The notes: generated by a model not told the origin, from the sequence alone. DNA of 64,000 nt from Bdellovibrionota bacterium FG-1 (GCA_051382295.1 JBBCAW010000062.1:1-64000); one strand, 5' to 3'; shown: positions 18,003 to 28,176, counted from the stretch's first letter. Numbers and translations are program-made.

Positions 18003-18312
18003 GAGGTCGGGTGCGTTCTCGAAAATATTGATCATGAATGGAGGACGGCAGTTGTTTGAGCGACTTTGCGAGGATCCCCCTTAATTCATCCAGGTAGAAA
18101 CATCTCGGATTCCATTCGTATACGCGGGTACGACCCACGAGCCGGCTTGACAAAACCCCTTCCAACTCGAATTTTTCGAGCTGCTTTTGCACCTGTCCCA
18201 CTGCCACGTCAAAAGCTTTTGCAATGCCCCTTGGATAACCCGACCCGTAGTTCTCAAGGTACAAAAGAGCCTTTTCTGCGGTCTCACTGCCAAAAAGTGT
18301 GGATATGATCAT
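17977..18312 (-). CDS. Winged-helix (ArsR-like) regulator
   Basis: YPRGIAKAF...VQKQLEKFE..GVL.SR.VGRTRVY.WNPR; AGGAG SD; C-terminus (DAAGITK*) is encoded by R7. Confidence 0.75.
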   Translation of the reverse strand: MIISTLFGSETAEKALLYLENYGSGYPRGIAKAFDVAVGQVQKQLEKFELEGVLSSRLVGRTRVYEWNPRCFYLDELRGILAKSLKQLPSSIHDQYFRERTRPRDAAGITK

Positions 18313-18454
18313 GACTCCTAATTAGAGTAATATAACTCCTTAAAGAGGTCAATCCACTTTTTAACACTGGCTCTATCCCCTCGGTATCGCCAAAACCCTG
18401 ACACCCTAAATCCCCATATTACCTAAGGCTTAGGTAAAAAGTTCACGAACCCCC

Positions 18455-18482
18455 TTGCCAACGCCAACAGCCCAGCTACAAT
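18455..18482 (+). promoter_or_regulatory. Putative sigma70 promoter of pilA
   Basis: TTGCCA-16-TACAAT. Confidence 0.45.
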
Positions 18483-18539
18483 TTAAAGTCGAAACACCTT
18501 TTTGGCCGTCACCCTATTTTTTAGCCCAGGAGAAGCCTT

Positions 18540-19160
18540 ATGCCACTGACCCTCAATGCCAAGTCCGCTCTTCGAAATAACCAGGGTTTTACACTCATCG
18601 AGTTGATGGTCGTCGTGGCCATTATCGGAATCTTGGTCGCCATCGCCGGCCCGCAGTATTCGAAATTTCAAGCGAAGGCGCGGCAGACTGAGGCGAAGAT
18701 TGGGCTGGGTGCGGTGTATACGGCACAGAAAACGTTTGCTACGGAAAACCAAAGCTATACCACTTGTCTACAAGAAATAGGAGTAGGCAGTGACAGTGGC
18801 AGAACCTATTATACTATCGGATTTAAGAGCGGCGTTCCAGACACAAAAGCCTGTGGACCTTCTCCAGGAGTAGCAGGAGGGGATTGCAATGCTACCGGGT
18901 GGTCGATTGATGCTGCTGGTGTTGTCACACCAGCGAAATGTGCTGCGACCAACCCCGCTGTTCAAGCGAAACTCTCCGTGATTGCAGGAAATCCAGCTCA
19001 AATAGCCTCGCTCCCTGCAACAGCACTTGCCGACAAAGTAACAAACGCTGTCTTTATCGTAGGGGCTGCGGGTCAGATTTCAACCACAGGACCCGCAACT
19101 GTGGATGCTTGGACAATAGACCAAGATAATAATCTATTGAATACCACAGTAGGCCTTTAA
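18540..19160 (+). CDS. pilA: Type IVa pilin (probable major pilin)
   Basis: G|FTLIELMVVVAIIGILVAIAGPQYSKFQAKARQTEAK; AGGAG SD; C-terminal D.WTIDQ. Confidence 0.85.
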   Translation: MPLTLNAKSALRNNQGFTLIELMVVVAIIGILVAIAGPQYSKFQAKARQTEAKIGLGAVYTAQKTFATENQSYTTCLQEIGVGSDSGRTYYTIGFKSGVPDTKACGPSPGVAGGDCNATGWSIDAAGVVTPAKCAATNPAVQAKLSVIAGNPAQIASLPATALADKVTNAVFIVGAAGQISTTGPATVDAWTIDQDNNLLNTTVGL

Positions 19161-19169
19161 CCTTCCTTG

Positions 19170-19227
19170 CCCCCGGCTCTTCCTCTCCTAGCTCCCTGCT
19201 AGCCGACAAATCCGGGGGTTTTTATTT
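19170..19227 (+). terminator. pilA terminator-like structure
   Basis: CCCCCGG...CCGGGGG stem enclosing a CTAGC-TCCCT-GCTAG inner hairpin, followed by a T-tract. Confidence 0.6.
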
Positions 19228-19371
19228 CTACCTCCGCAACTTCTCCAACTTGCGCGCCAGTCTTCCAATCTCCGGAGTCGGTTCATCTTCAAGATGCTGA
19301 TCCCTCGAGCTGAGGTTTTGGCGAAGGATCCATATTTTTTCAAGAGCCTCCCTGCGAATTGGGCGAAAGTG
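19182..19371 (+). repeat. Direct repeat D1 (pilA terminator + end of a convergent gene)
   Basis: Diverged match to 21429-21527 and 27680-27866. Confidence 0.9.
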
Positions 19372-19536
19372 AAAGACCGAATGATCAACGTCGGTGTGGA
19401 CGGCGTAATTTAACTACTGATTATTGGATTTAAAGCACCTGTGAAAATAGGTGTTAAAACAGTATGTTACCAATTACACGACATGTATTTCTCTATCGCG
19501 AAAACACTATTGTGTAAATTGTAACATCTTGATATT

Positions 19537-20616
19537 ATGTATTTGATGAACCAGGCAGCCCCCAGGGCGCTATCCTATATCCAGACCGTCCTTGAAAGCG
19601 GCCCTCTCGGTGGCTCCGCCGAATTCCGAGCGCTCGAACGGTTGTCTGAGGTGCCCGTCTGGATCAACGATGCGGCCCATTTCACAGAAGTAAGCCTTTC
19701 AAGCGGCTATAAGTTTATTCTCATCGAGCCCCGCGCCGAGATGGCAGCTGATCGGCTGCTCGCACTCTACCGCGTAACGCAGTCGGCTCTGCCGACGCCA
19801 CTCATCCTGGTCACTGACCAGCAACGCCATCAAGTTCGCAGCGCCCTCATGCGAGCGCATATCGGACTCGTGCGCACCGGGAGCTTGTTGTTCGCTCCGC
19901 AATTTGGCTTGCACCTGAAAGGCTCACCAAAACCGAGCGCGGCGCTTAATGGTCCATTGGATGATCACCAGTTCCAGCCGCAGGAACAGATCTTTCTCGC
20001 TGCGGTCATCCTCCACGAGTCTCTTCGCCACGCTTCATCACTCACCCAATTCGTGGCAGAATTCGTGCGCATTCACTCCCAGCCGACAGCGCTCAATCTT
20101 TCGCCGGAAAAGATTCTTGGTCGGGTTTCACGCGCTGTCGCTCATTTTCAGCGTCGTAATCTTGTAACGATTCAACGTGCCGGAAACGAAGTGAGCATTC
20201 ACTTTTCCGCGCCCGAGGTTCTTTGGGCGAGCCTTTGCCGTGAGTCCCAACCGCTTGCCACGCGCACTTACCCGGTCTTTTCCGACGCGAAGGATCTCGA
20301 ACCGTATCCGGCAAGCGCTCTGTCCGCGCTAAGTCACTATTCCGATCTCTTGCCGCCAAAACTTTCAACAGTTGCGATGAGCCGCGCTGAATGGGCGTCC
20401 TGGTCAAAGAGGCCGGTTCAAGGCGGTCAAACCGCGCCCACCGCTAACGTCGAGGTTTGGAAAACAAACCCGAGGTATCTCGAATTAAGAGGAACCGTGA
20501 ATCCGCTTCTGCTCGCCGTGAACTGTAGGCGCGACCCAGACGAACGCGTGCGAATAGCTATCCGCGAGATGCTTGATGGCCTTCGCGTTTCAGCCGACCC
20601 GCTCTGGGCATTATAG
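19537..20616 (+). CDS. AbiEi-like/HTH antitoxin-type regulator
   Basis: SALSALSHYSDL and C-terminal VNPLLL....DPDERVRIAI..L pattern; directly upstream of a nucleotidyltransferase. Real start may be ATG 19546. Confidence 0.55.
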   Translation: MYLMNQAAPRALSYIQTVLESGPLGGSAEFRALERLSEVPVWINDAAHFTEVSLSSGYKFILIEPRAEMAADRLLALYRVTQSALPTPLILVTDQQRHQVRSALMRAHIGLVRTGSLLFAPQFGLHLKGSPKPSAALNGPLDDHQFQPQEQIFLAAVILHESLRHASSLTQFVAEFVRIHSQPTALNLSPEKILGRVSRAVAHFQRRNLVTIQRAGNEVSIHFSAPEVLWASLCRESQPLATRTYPVFSDAKDLEPYPASALSALSHYSDLLPPKLSTVAMSRAEWASWSKRPVQGGQTAPTANVEVWKTNPRYLELRGTVNPLLLAVNCRRDPDERVRIAIREMLDGLRVSADPLWAL

Positions 20617-20627
20617 GAGAACTATTC

Positions 20628-21375
20628 ATGTCGCCGCTTGAGACAAAACTACTCAATCATCGGGGGCGCGGCAACACTTCTGCACCTTGAGGAACGCGCG
20701 CAGGGCGAGCACAACAAAGCGACCCAGGATCTCGACATTGCTGTGCTCGATCTCAGCACGGACGGAAATCAATCGCTGTTTTTCGCCACGTTCAGCCGAT
20801 ATGTGGCGGAAATGGAATACGAGGCCTTTGTCGGGCAAACCGGAAAAACACATGCGTACCGTTTCGTGAAGCCGAAGAAACCACTCGCCCCGAGCAAGAT
20901 CGAGATTGCCACACGGCAACTGGACGGCTTGAGGCTCAAGGGGAATGCGCAGCGGCTGACGGATTTCGACATCTCGGCGATTGTCTGCGACCAGCTCTAC
21001 ATCGAACATTTGAAAACTCATTCCGAAAAGAAGCCCTTGCTTGGACCGGGCAGCGCGCCGGTCAACGTGGCACGCGTCGCCTCGATCATTCTTATGAAGG
21101 CACTGGCGTATGTGAACCTGAGCGGTGAAGCTAAAACGCGTGAACACGCGAATCGCCACGCCTCAGACGTCATCCGGCTTTCGGCTGTACTCCGAGATGC
21201 GGACAGTTTGCGGGTTCCATCAGAACTCTACGCGCCGTTCGAAAAATTGCTCGCTATGAAAGATCAGGCATTCAACCTCCCGCGCGTGGCCCAGCTTTTG
21301 GGCGCGGCCGCCACCGGAGATAAAGTGGTCGCCGATCTACGGAAATTCATTACTTTGGAAGAGGAGCGCGGGTGA
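20628..21375 (+). CDS. AbiEii-like nucleotidyltransferase, 5' end probably frameshifted
   Basis: NYSIIGGAA...KATQDLDI, LMKALAY, RHASDVIRL. The SD-linked ATG at 20628 is out of frame with the ORF starting at TTG 20638. Confidence 0.65.
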
Positions 21376-21430
21376 TGACCATCATCAAATTGGATCGGTT
21401 TGGCGCGACGCTGAACGACCGCGAATATGC
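21375..21430 (+). pseudogene. Truncated N-terminus of a STAS-like (DUF4325-like) gene
   Basis: TGATG-coupled MTIIKLDRFGATLNDREY, cut by repeat D2. Confidence 0.45.
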
Positions 21431-21527
21431 TGACAAATCCGGGGGTTTTTATTTCTACCCCCGCAACCTCCCCAATTTACGCACCAGCGTCCCAAGTTCC
21501 GGAGTCAGTTCATCTTCACGATGCTGA
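21429..21527 (+). repeat. Direct repeat D2
   Basis: GACAAATCCGGGGGTTTTTATTTCTACC...TTCATCTTCACGATGCTGA matches D1 and D3. Confidence 0.9.
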
Positions 21528-21761
21528 TGATTTAAGTCTTTCCCCGAGGACTTACGGCATACCGTTAAAAAAACATCAACTATTTCAACCATTAAATGGA
21601 TTCTGAATGCCCCATAGCCTTCCTAGCCGCTCGAAAAAAGTCACACCACACTCCACATTAGTTGACACTTTTGATCAACTTATGTTAAACCAACACTGCC
21701 TAGTGCCTTAGCCCTCCATCGGCTGGCACTTACCCTTGATCACCAGGGGGAAGGGAACCGT

Positions 21762-24194
21762 ATGATTCGTTTTCTTGTTCCATTTGTTTTGTTTCAAATT
21801 TCGGCCCAAGTTTCTGCGCTGGGTTCTTTGGTTTATTCCTCGATGTATACCGGAGGACTTTCAGGCCCTGCCCTTATGGCCCTCATCCAGGCACTCGCAA
21901 ATGCCGGCGCACTTCTGGTTGCCCAAAAGCTTTCATACAAAATAGCTCCACGAATGATTCTTTGGTGCACAGCAGGGTTTTCGATCCTCAACGGAATCGT
22001 CGCGTTCCACATTTCAGACATCTCTTCAATCACCCTTTTCCTTCGCCTCCTTTCGGGAGCGCTCCTGACCAGCTTCCTGTTCAGTCAGGGTCCTAGAATC
22101 CTTTCCTCCGATGTGAAAAAGTCAAATCAGGTCATTCAAACCTGGGCGTCCGTTGCAGCTCTCATTGGCTTTGGCCTGGCCCCGATCCTCGCCTCCTCAA
22201 TCAAACATCTATACCTTGTGGACACGCTTCTCAATGGACTCGCCTTGGGGGCCTCTGCTGTATTTTTTGGGGGAATTAACTTCCCCATGTTCAAACACCC
22301 TGAGGAAAAAACACCCGAAGAAGAACCAAACCTCTGGGGGGCCTCCGTCGAGAAGCCTGTCCTTTATCTTGCAATCGTAACATTTGCTCTGTGGTGCTTT
22401 GGCGGATTCTTCCATGTAGTCGAAGTACCTCTCCTGCTACAACGCTTTCGGCTCAACAACTTCCAAGTTTCCCTGATTTTTATTTTAACGATCACCCTCA
22501 ATATCAGTTCAATTGCCCTTTTAAATAGGAAATGGGTGGCCCGATTTCCATGGACCATCCTCATTTCTTCTACGGCACTCGTCGGCGTAGCCTGCATCCT
22601 CTATCTCGGCACTCGTTCCCTTCTTACCGTAATCCTTGTCGTCACGCTGATCGGTTTAGCAAACGGCGCATTTAACTTATCTCAAACAACAATGCTCCAA
22701 CGCATCGAATCCGCGCAAACTCGGCTTTCTTCTTTTATTTTTGTGCGCTTGCTCGCCCAAATGGGGTTAATGGTAGGTGCCCTACTCGCAGGCTCTGGGC
22801 TGCTGTTTGGAACTGCTGAATTCGCAAATCTGACTCAAATCGAAAAAACTTCATCTCCACCCCCCATCCGGGACGCGAATATCCTAATCCAAAATCTTCC
22901 TCAAAGGATCGAACCTTACAAAAATTCAGATACAGGCGCTATGTTGGTGATTCATCAGATTTTTGACAATCTGTTTGAATATGACAGCCGAAACAACCTG
23001 GTCCCAAACCTTGTCGAATCACTGATCTGGAAAAACGAGAATCGAACTTTACTCCTTACCCTCAAAAAAAACATCTCCTTCTCAAATGGTGAACATCTTA
23101 ATTCATTTGATGTAAAAAATACCCTTAATGAGGCCAAAGAAGGTATGGGTGAATCTGGTAATTGGGCCTTTGGCCAGCTCAAATCTCTCGTTGCCATCAA
23201 TGAGCATGAAATCGAATTCAACTTTTTTCGGCCATTCACCCTCATGCCAGCGATTTTGGCATCTCCCTATTTCGGAGTTTTCAAAAAGGATAAGGCAGGC
23301 GCAATTATCGGTACGGGTGACTATGCTTTGGAATCTAAGGAAACCCATCAAATCACTCTTGGTAAAAACACAAAAAATAGAAACATCCCATCTACCGCCC
23401 CAGAAAAAATTTATTTCTCGGACAAGGCGGATCCAACGGTCTCATATCTTATTTCTGATGGAAAAGTGAACAACCTCACTCCGATAGAATTTAGAACACT
23501 TCAAACTGTACTTTTTGTTCCTAATCTTTCAGATCCGGTACTTCGGTCAAAGGAAATACGTTGTCATTTAATCACAGAAATATCAAAACTTGCTCCCCAA
23601 GTTTATAGTAAATGGAAACCCACCGATCTCGGGCTCCCGTTTTCGTCCGACCTTTTCCCTATAATGGAAAGACCACAATCCGATTCTCAGTTAATATTAA
23701 ACACCCCGCTGGTCATCCATTTTTCGAATTCTGTGGCAGGGTTTGAACAGGCCTCGAACCTTCAGCTTAGTAAAACACTATTAAAACATGGATTTCCCGT
23801 CAGATTTGAACAAATTCCGATCCGCGAATTGATCGAACGCGCACAGAAGGGGCGTTTTTCAGGGCTAATGTTCGGTTACGTCCCCGACTTTGTACACCCC
23901 CATGCTCTCGTCGCACCACTCTTGGCAAGCGGTCAGACTTTTAATTTCGGAAAATACAAAAACAAGGAAGTTGACCGCCTTATTGAACTCGCTCTATCTG
24001 AGACAGACAAGGGCAAGTAAAGTCAGTACTATGCTGCAGTGCTTCGAATCATTCAAAAAGATTGTAGTGTTGCCTTTCTCGGTTCTCAAACAAGTCCTGT
24101 TTACATCGATCCAAATATCCAAACACCAGAAATCGGACAACTTGGCCTACACAACATGAGGCTTTCTCATCTCAAAAATAAGGCGGGAACCTAA
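21762..24194 (+). CDS. MFS transporter fused to a family-5 solute-binding domain; in-frame TAA at 24018-24020
   Basis: ~350 aa multi-TM N-half, then QIFDNLFEYD...LVPNL...FSNGEHLNSFDVK.TL, IGTGDY and YKNKEVDRLI. The frame stays open 57 codons past the TAA, to a TAATG overlap with the next gene. Confidence 0.75.
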
Positions 24195-25564
24195 TGCCAA
24201 AACTTTATACCTACCCAGAATTTTATCTCAAGGCCTTTTCACAAATGACAAATGATGCTGCCACCATCCGCTTATTTACCGAGCAATGCCCAGAGGGTGA
24301 TATCCTCGAAATCGGTGGCGGCAGCGGTAGAACTCTTGGATTTTTTACTTCTAGGAAGCATATCTTGCTCGAATCCGACCCGGAAATGATTCAAATCCTT
24401 AATCGCAAAATCAACGAATATCCCCATGCTGTCATATTAAATGGAAGATGTCCTAGCATTCCGGCACACGACCAGTCCATCGCAGGAGTTTTTGCCGCCT
24501 TTGGGACAATGGGTGAAATCAATCCCATCTGTACAACACTACAGGAGATTGAACGGGTTTTGATTCCAGGAGGATCTGCCCTCCTCTCCTTACTAAACCC
24601 CCTCACTTATTGTTCCCCTCCACTGGGAATTTATCGGAGCAACTTTTCTAAAATCGATGATCTTAGTTTTGTCGCAAATACTCTACCTAATGCAATTCTT
24701 GGCGCGGGAGAATTTCAAACTCATGTTTGGGTGCGACAACCAGGCTTCAATCAACACTTTACCATTCAACAATACTTTCCGACCCTTAACCAATGGCTCA
24801 TCCTCATTGAGCAAGCAGGCTTAACTTTAATCAATGAAGACACTCCTGAGGCACTCAACAAATCCCAGGTTTTTTCTTTTTTGCTAAAAAAATCGGAATC
24901 CAAAACCATCGTCAACAAAAAAACCATAGAAGTCATTTACGATACAGTGGGAACTAACTATGATCAATTTATAAGCAAGGCTCAGTATGGAGTATCAGAC
25001 TGGTTAGCGCCCCATCTCAAGCGCCTAAGTAAACTCCATCCTCGAATCATTGATCTCGCGTGTGGTAATGGTTATGTCGGTCGACTTATTTCTGATAATG
25101 AAATTTCTTGTAGTGAACTACTAGGCTATGACATCTCGGCTGTAATGGTAAAGGAATGTCAGAAGTCCGGTAGCTATTCAAACGTTTGCCGTTTCGACCT
25201 TAACTCAGGGCTCCCTGGAGTAGGAGGTTTGACAACAGATATTGTCACTGCGTTCGGCTTAATGGAGTTTTTGCCTGACCCATCCTCGGTCCTTCAAGAT
25301 ATAAGAAGGATTTTAGTCCTCGGCGGAGAGCTCCTTTGTTCATTTGAGGCTACAGATCCCGGTAGCAATGACGATCAGGTTGAGATGAGTTTTGACGGTC
25401 GGACGGTAGTCCGGTACCGATACTCTCAGCAATCCATTGAACAAAGGTTAACGGAAATCGGTCTATCCAAAATTACAATCGAACGTCGCCAAGGCTATCG
25501 ATCTCCCACAACCGGACAATCGGTAGACTATCTTTTTGTTCATGCCGTGAGGGAGAGGCTATAA
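24194..25564 (+). CDS. Tandem class I SAM-dependent methyltransferase
   Basis: Two SAM motifs, ILEIGGGSGR and IIDLACGNG, each followed by an R.L..GG motif. Confidence 0.85.
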   Translation: MPKLYTYPEFYLKAFSQMTNDAATIRLFTEQCPEGDILEIGGGSGRTLGFFTSRKHILLESDPEMIQILNRKINEYPHAVILNGRCPSIPAHDQSIAGVFAAFGTMGEINPICTTLQEIERVLIPGGSALLSLLNPLTYCSPPLGIYRSNFSKIDDLSFVANTLPNAILGAGEFQTHVWVRQPGFNQHFTIQQYFPTLNQWLILIEQAGLTLINEDTPEALNKSQVFSFLLKKSESKTIVNKKTIEVIYDTVGTNYDQFISKAQYGVSDWLAPHLKRLSKLHPRIIDLACGNGYVGRLISDNEISCSELLGYDISAVMVKECQKSGSYSNVCRFDLNSGLPGVGGLTTDIVTAFGLMEFLPDPSSVLQDIRRILVLGGELLCSFEATDPGSNDDQVEMSFDGRTVVRYRYSQQSIEQRLTEIGLSKITIERRQGYRSPTTGQSVDYLFVHAVRERL

Positions 25565-25568
25565 ATTT

Positions 25569-27668
25569 ATGCAAAAAACACGAATAGCGGCTCGAACGCT
25601 TTTTACAAGCTCTCTGGCGGTGATCCTCACTCTCATTGGAGTATTGATCCTGTTTTCCTGGGTCGATGGTCGAAACCGGAGTCGCATCCTCACCGAACGT
25701 GCGAAACTCGAAATTGAATCTATTCAGATCATTATCAATGATTCCTACACACTGGGGGATATCATTGGCCTAAGAAAATATTTGGATACCTTTTCTAAAT
25801 TGAATTCCTGGGAAAGTGCATCATTAGCAGATAGTCAGGGGGCCGAAATTTGGAGAGGCGAGCAAGTGCAACCAAACGGACACACCCGCTTTCAACTTAC
25901 CTCAGAAATAAAAACGGCCACCGGCGGAACTATCGGTACCCTCTCGATTACAAAAAACCAAACTGCTGAAATTGAAAAATGGAATGAACAGCATATGCTC
26001 TCATTTCTTGGCCTCGCCGTAATAGCAATGGTGGTTCTATTTATTCAAAACTTCACCCTTTTTAGAATCCTTCGGCCAGTAACCGAACTGACTAATGAAA
26101 TTCGGAGAGAGGCAGCGCAACTCAAGCTCCATCTTACCGAAGGAAAGGGTGAGGACGAAATCTTTCTAATCAAGAAGTGGTTTTCTGAAATTGCTCGTTC
26201 ATGGCATCAGGAAAAGGAGCGTGCTGCTACCGAGTCTCAATTCAGGGCAATTGGTACTTTAGCCGCTCAAGTCGCCCACGATATCCGATCCCCCCTTGCA
26301 GCGCTTGATAACGTTATAGGTAATATTAGAGAGCTTCCCGAAGACGATCGTGTCCTTGTTCGAACTGCCGTTAACCGCATCAAGGATATCGCCAATAACC
26401 TGATTGAGAAGAACCGTGAACTCAAATCAAATCATCAGAATGATCGCTCGACGCCTACGGAGGTATCCACCCATGCCGAAGTCGAAATGATTCAACTTCT
26501 CTCCAGTCTTGTGGACCCTCTCATCACCGAAAAACGGATGCAATTTCGTTCTAAAATCGGCGTCCAGATCGACGGGCGAATTGACGCCTCCTCCTACGGA
26601 TTATTCGCAAGCATTCAGCCCACGGAATTTAAAAGGGTACTATCCATTCTGATCAATAACGCCGTCGAAGTATTGGAAGACAAGGGTACCGTAATCCTGA
26701 CCCTCGCAGGAAACGGCAATGAAATTGCGATTTGTATTGCCGACAACGGCAAAGGGATTCCGCCCGAGATTCTGGCCAAACTGGGGCAACGTGGTGAAAC
26801 TTACGGAAAACAGGGAGGATCAGGGCTTGGTCTCTACCACGCCAGAACAACGATTGAACGTTGGAGTGGGAAGCTCACCCTTAGGTCGGAGCTTGGCAGG
26901 GGTACCTCTGTGATCATCACCTTGCCGCAAGCGAAGGCACCTGAGTGGTTCGTCTCGGAGCTTAAGATCCCGGCAGAATCGGCAGTGGTCGTCCTCGATG
27001 ACGATTCGTCAATTCACGGAATTTGGCAGGGACGTTTTGATTCTCTGCACTTACCGGATAAGGGCATTAAAGTCTTCCATTTCTCAACTCCCGATGAATT
27101 GACAAAGTGGGTGCTCGAGACGCCAGCCGCAAAGACCGCACTTTATCTTGCCGACTTTGAACTTCTTGGCCACCGTCAAACCGGCCTAGATCTGATCGAG
27201 ACGTTAAAACTGGGTCCCCAAAGCATCCTTGTGTCAAGCCGTTTTGAGGAAAAAAATATCATTGACGGTTGCCGCCGCCTTAACGTTCGTTTGATTCCAA
27301 AAGGTATGGTTGGGTTCGTACCCATTTCACTTGAGGTACCATTAGAAATATTCGATGCGATCTTGATCGACGATGACGAGTTAGTACATATGACCTGGAA
27401 ATATGCTGCTAACCAAATTGGCAAACGACTTCGGGCATTCTCTCACCCCGATCAGTTCTTTGACGTTGCAGAAGGCTTTTCGAAAAATTCTCCCGTCTAT
27501 GTAGATGCCAATCTCGGAAATGGCATCAGAGGAGAGGATATCGCAGAACGTGTTCATGCGCTTGGGTTTGTAATGGTTTACCTAACAACTGGGTATGAGC
27601 CCGATCAATTTCACGGACTCAGTTACCTTGCGGGTATTTTAGGAAAGGATCCCCCCTTCGAAGTTTGA
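25569..27668 (+). CDS. Membrane sensor histidine kinase with two C-terminal receiver-like domains
   Basis: Two TMs; AAQVAHDIRSPL H-box, DNGKG, GSGLGL; VVLDDD and ILIDDD receiver starts. Confidence 0.9.
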   Translation: MQKTRIAARTLFTSSLAVILTLIGVLILFSWVDGRNRSRILTERAKLEIESIQIIINDSYTLGDIIGLRKYLDTFSKLNSWESASLADSQGAEIWRGEQVQPNGHTRFQLTSEIKTATGGTIGTLSITKNQTAEIEKWNEQHMLSFLGLAVIAMVVLFIQNFTLFRILRPVTELTNEIRREAAQLKLHLTEGKGEDEIFLIKKWFSEIARSWHQEKERAATESQFRAIGTLAAQVAHDIRSPLAALDNVIGNIRELPEDDRVLVRTAVNRIKDIANNLIEKNRELKSNHQNDRSTPTEVSTHAEVEMIQLLSSLVDPLITEKRMQFRSKIGVQIDGRIDASSYGLFASIQPTEFKRVLSILINNAVEVLEDKGTVILTLAGNGNEIAICIADNGKGIPPEILAKLGQRGETYGKQGGSGLGLYHARTTIERWSGKLTLRSELGRGTSVIITLPQAKAPEWFVSELKIPAESAVVVLDDDSSIHGIWQGRFDSLHLPDKGIKVFHFSTPDELTKWVLETPAAKTALYLADFELLGHRQTGLDLIETLKLGPQSILVSSRFEEKNIIDGCRRLNVRLIPKGMVGFVPISLEVPLEIFDAILIDDDELVHMTWKYAANQIGKRLRAFSHPDQFFDVAEGFSKNSPVYVDANLGNGIRGEDIAERVHALGFVMVYLTTGYEPDQFHGLSYLAGILGKDPPFEV

Positions 27669-27679
27669 AAACCTAGAGC

Positions 27680-27866
27680 CCTCTCCTAGCTCCCTGCTAG
27701 CCGATGAATCCGGGGGTTTTTATCTACCCCCGCAACCTCCCCAACTTGCGTACTAGCGTTCCAAGTTCCGGCGTCGGTTCATCTTCAAGATGCTGAGCAC
27801 TCGAGCTGAGGTTTTGGCGAAGTATCCATATTTTTTCAAGCTCCTCCCTGCGAATAGGACGAATGT
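27680..27866 (+). repeat. Direct repeat D3
   Basis: CCTCTCCTAGCTCCCTGCTAGCCGA...CCCTGCGAAT matches D1. Confidence 0.9.
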
Positions 27867-28146
27867 AACGCTTATATTCCGAAAAACGCTCCCAAATTTT
27901 GGGACCCGCAATTTTTGAGGCCTTATAAATTCCAAAAACTTGAACCAAACGCCCCAACGCTGGCAGCTCACCGCGAACCACCGCAATCGAAAAATCAATC
28001 AGTCCTACATAAAGCCGATCCCAAAGAAGCTCCGCCTCCAATTTTCGGGTTGCCTCAGGATCGCCCAATACCGGAAGCGGCCGAAGAAGATCCTCTGCGC
28101 GCAGCTGAAGTGCTTCAGCCAGTTTTTTGAGATGAGGCGACCTCAC
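27724..28146 (-). pseudogene. N-terminally truncated XRE-like regulator remnant, possibly fused to another gene's tail
   Basis: Begins at an HTH end (LKKLAEALQL..EDLL). The tail (EDE.TPELGTLVRKLGRLRG*) also occurs in D2 with different upstream sequence. Confidence 0.5.
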
Positions 28147-28176
28147 GTTGAGTTCCGTATATTATCGCAACTCCGC

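Noticed and set aside
21723..21740. Possible sigma54 site TGGCAC...TTGA before the MFS gene
   Set aside because: Spacing is 11 rather than 10 and the -12 GC is absent.
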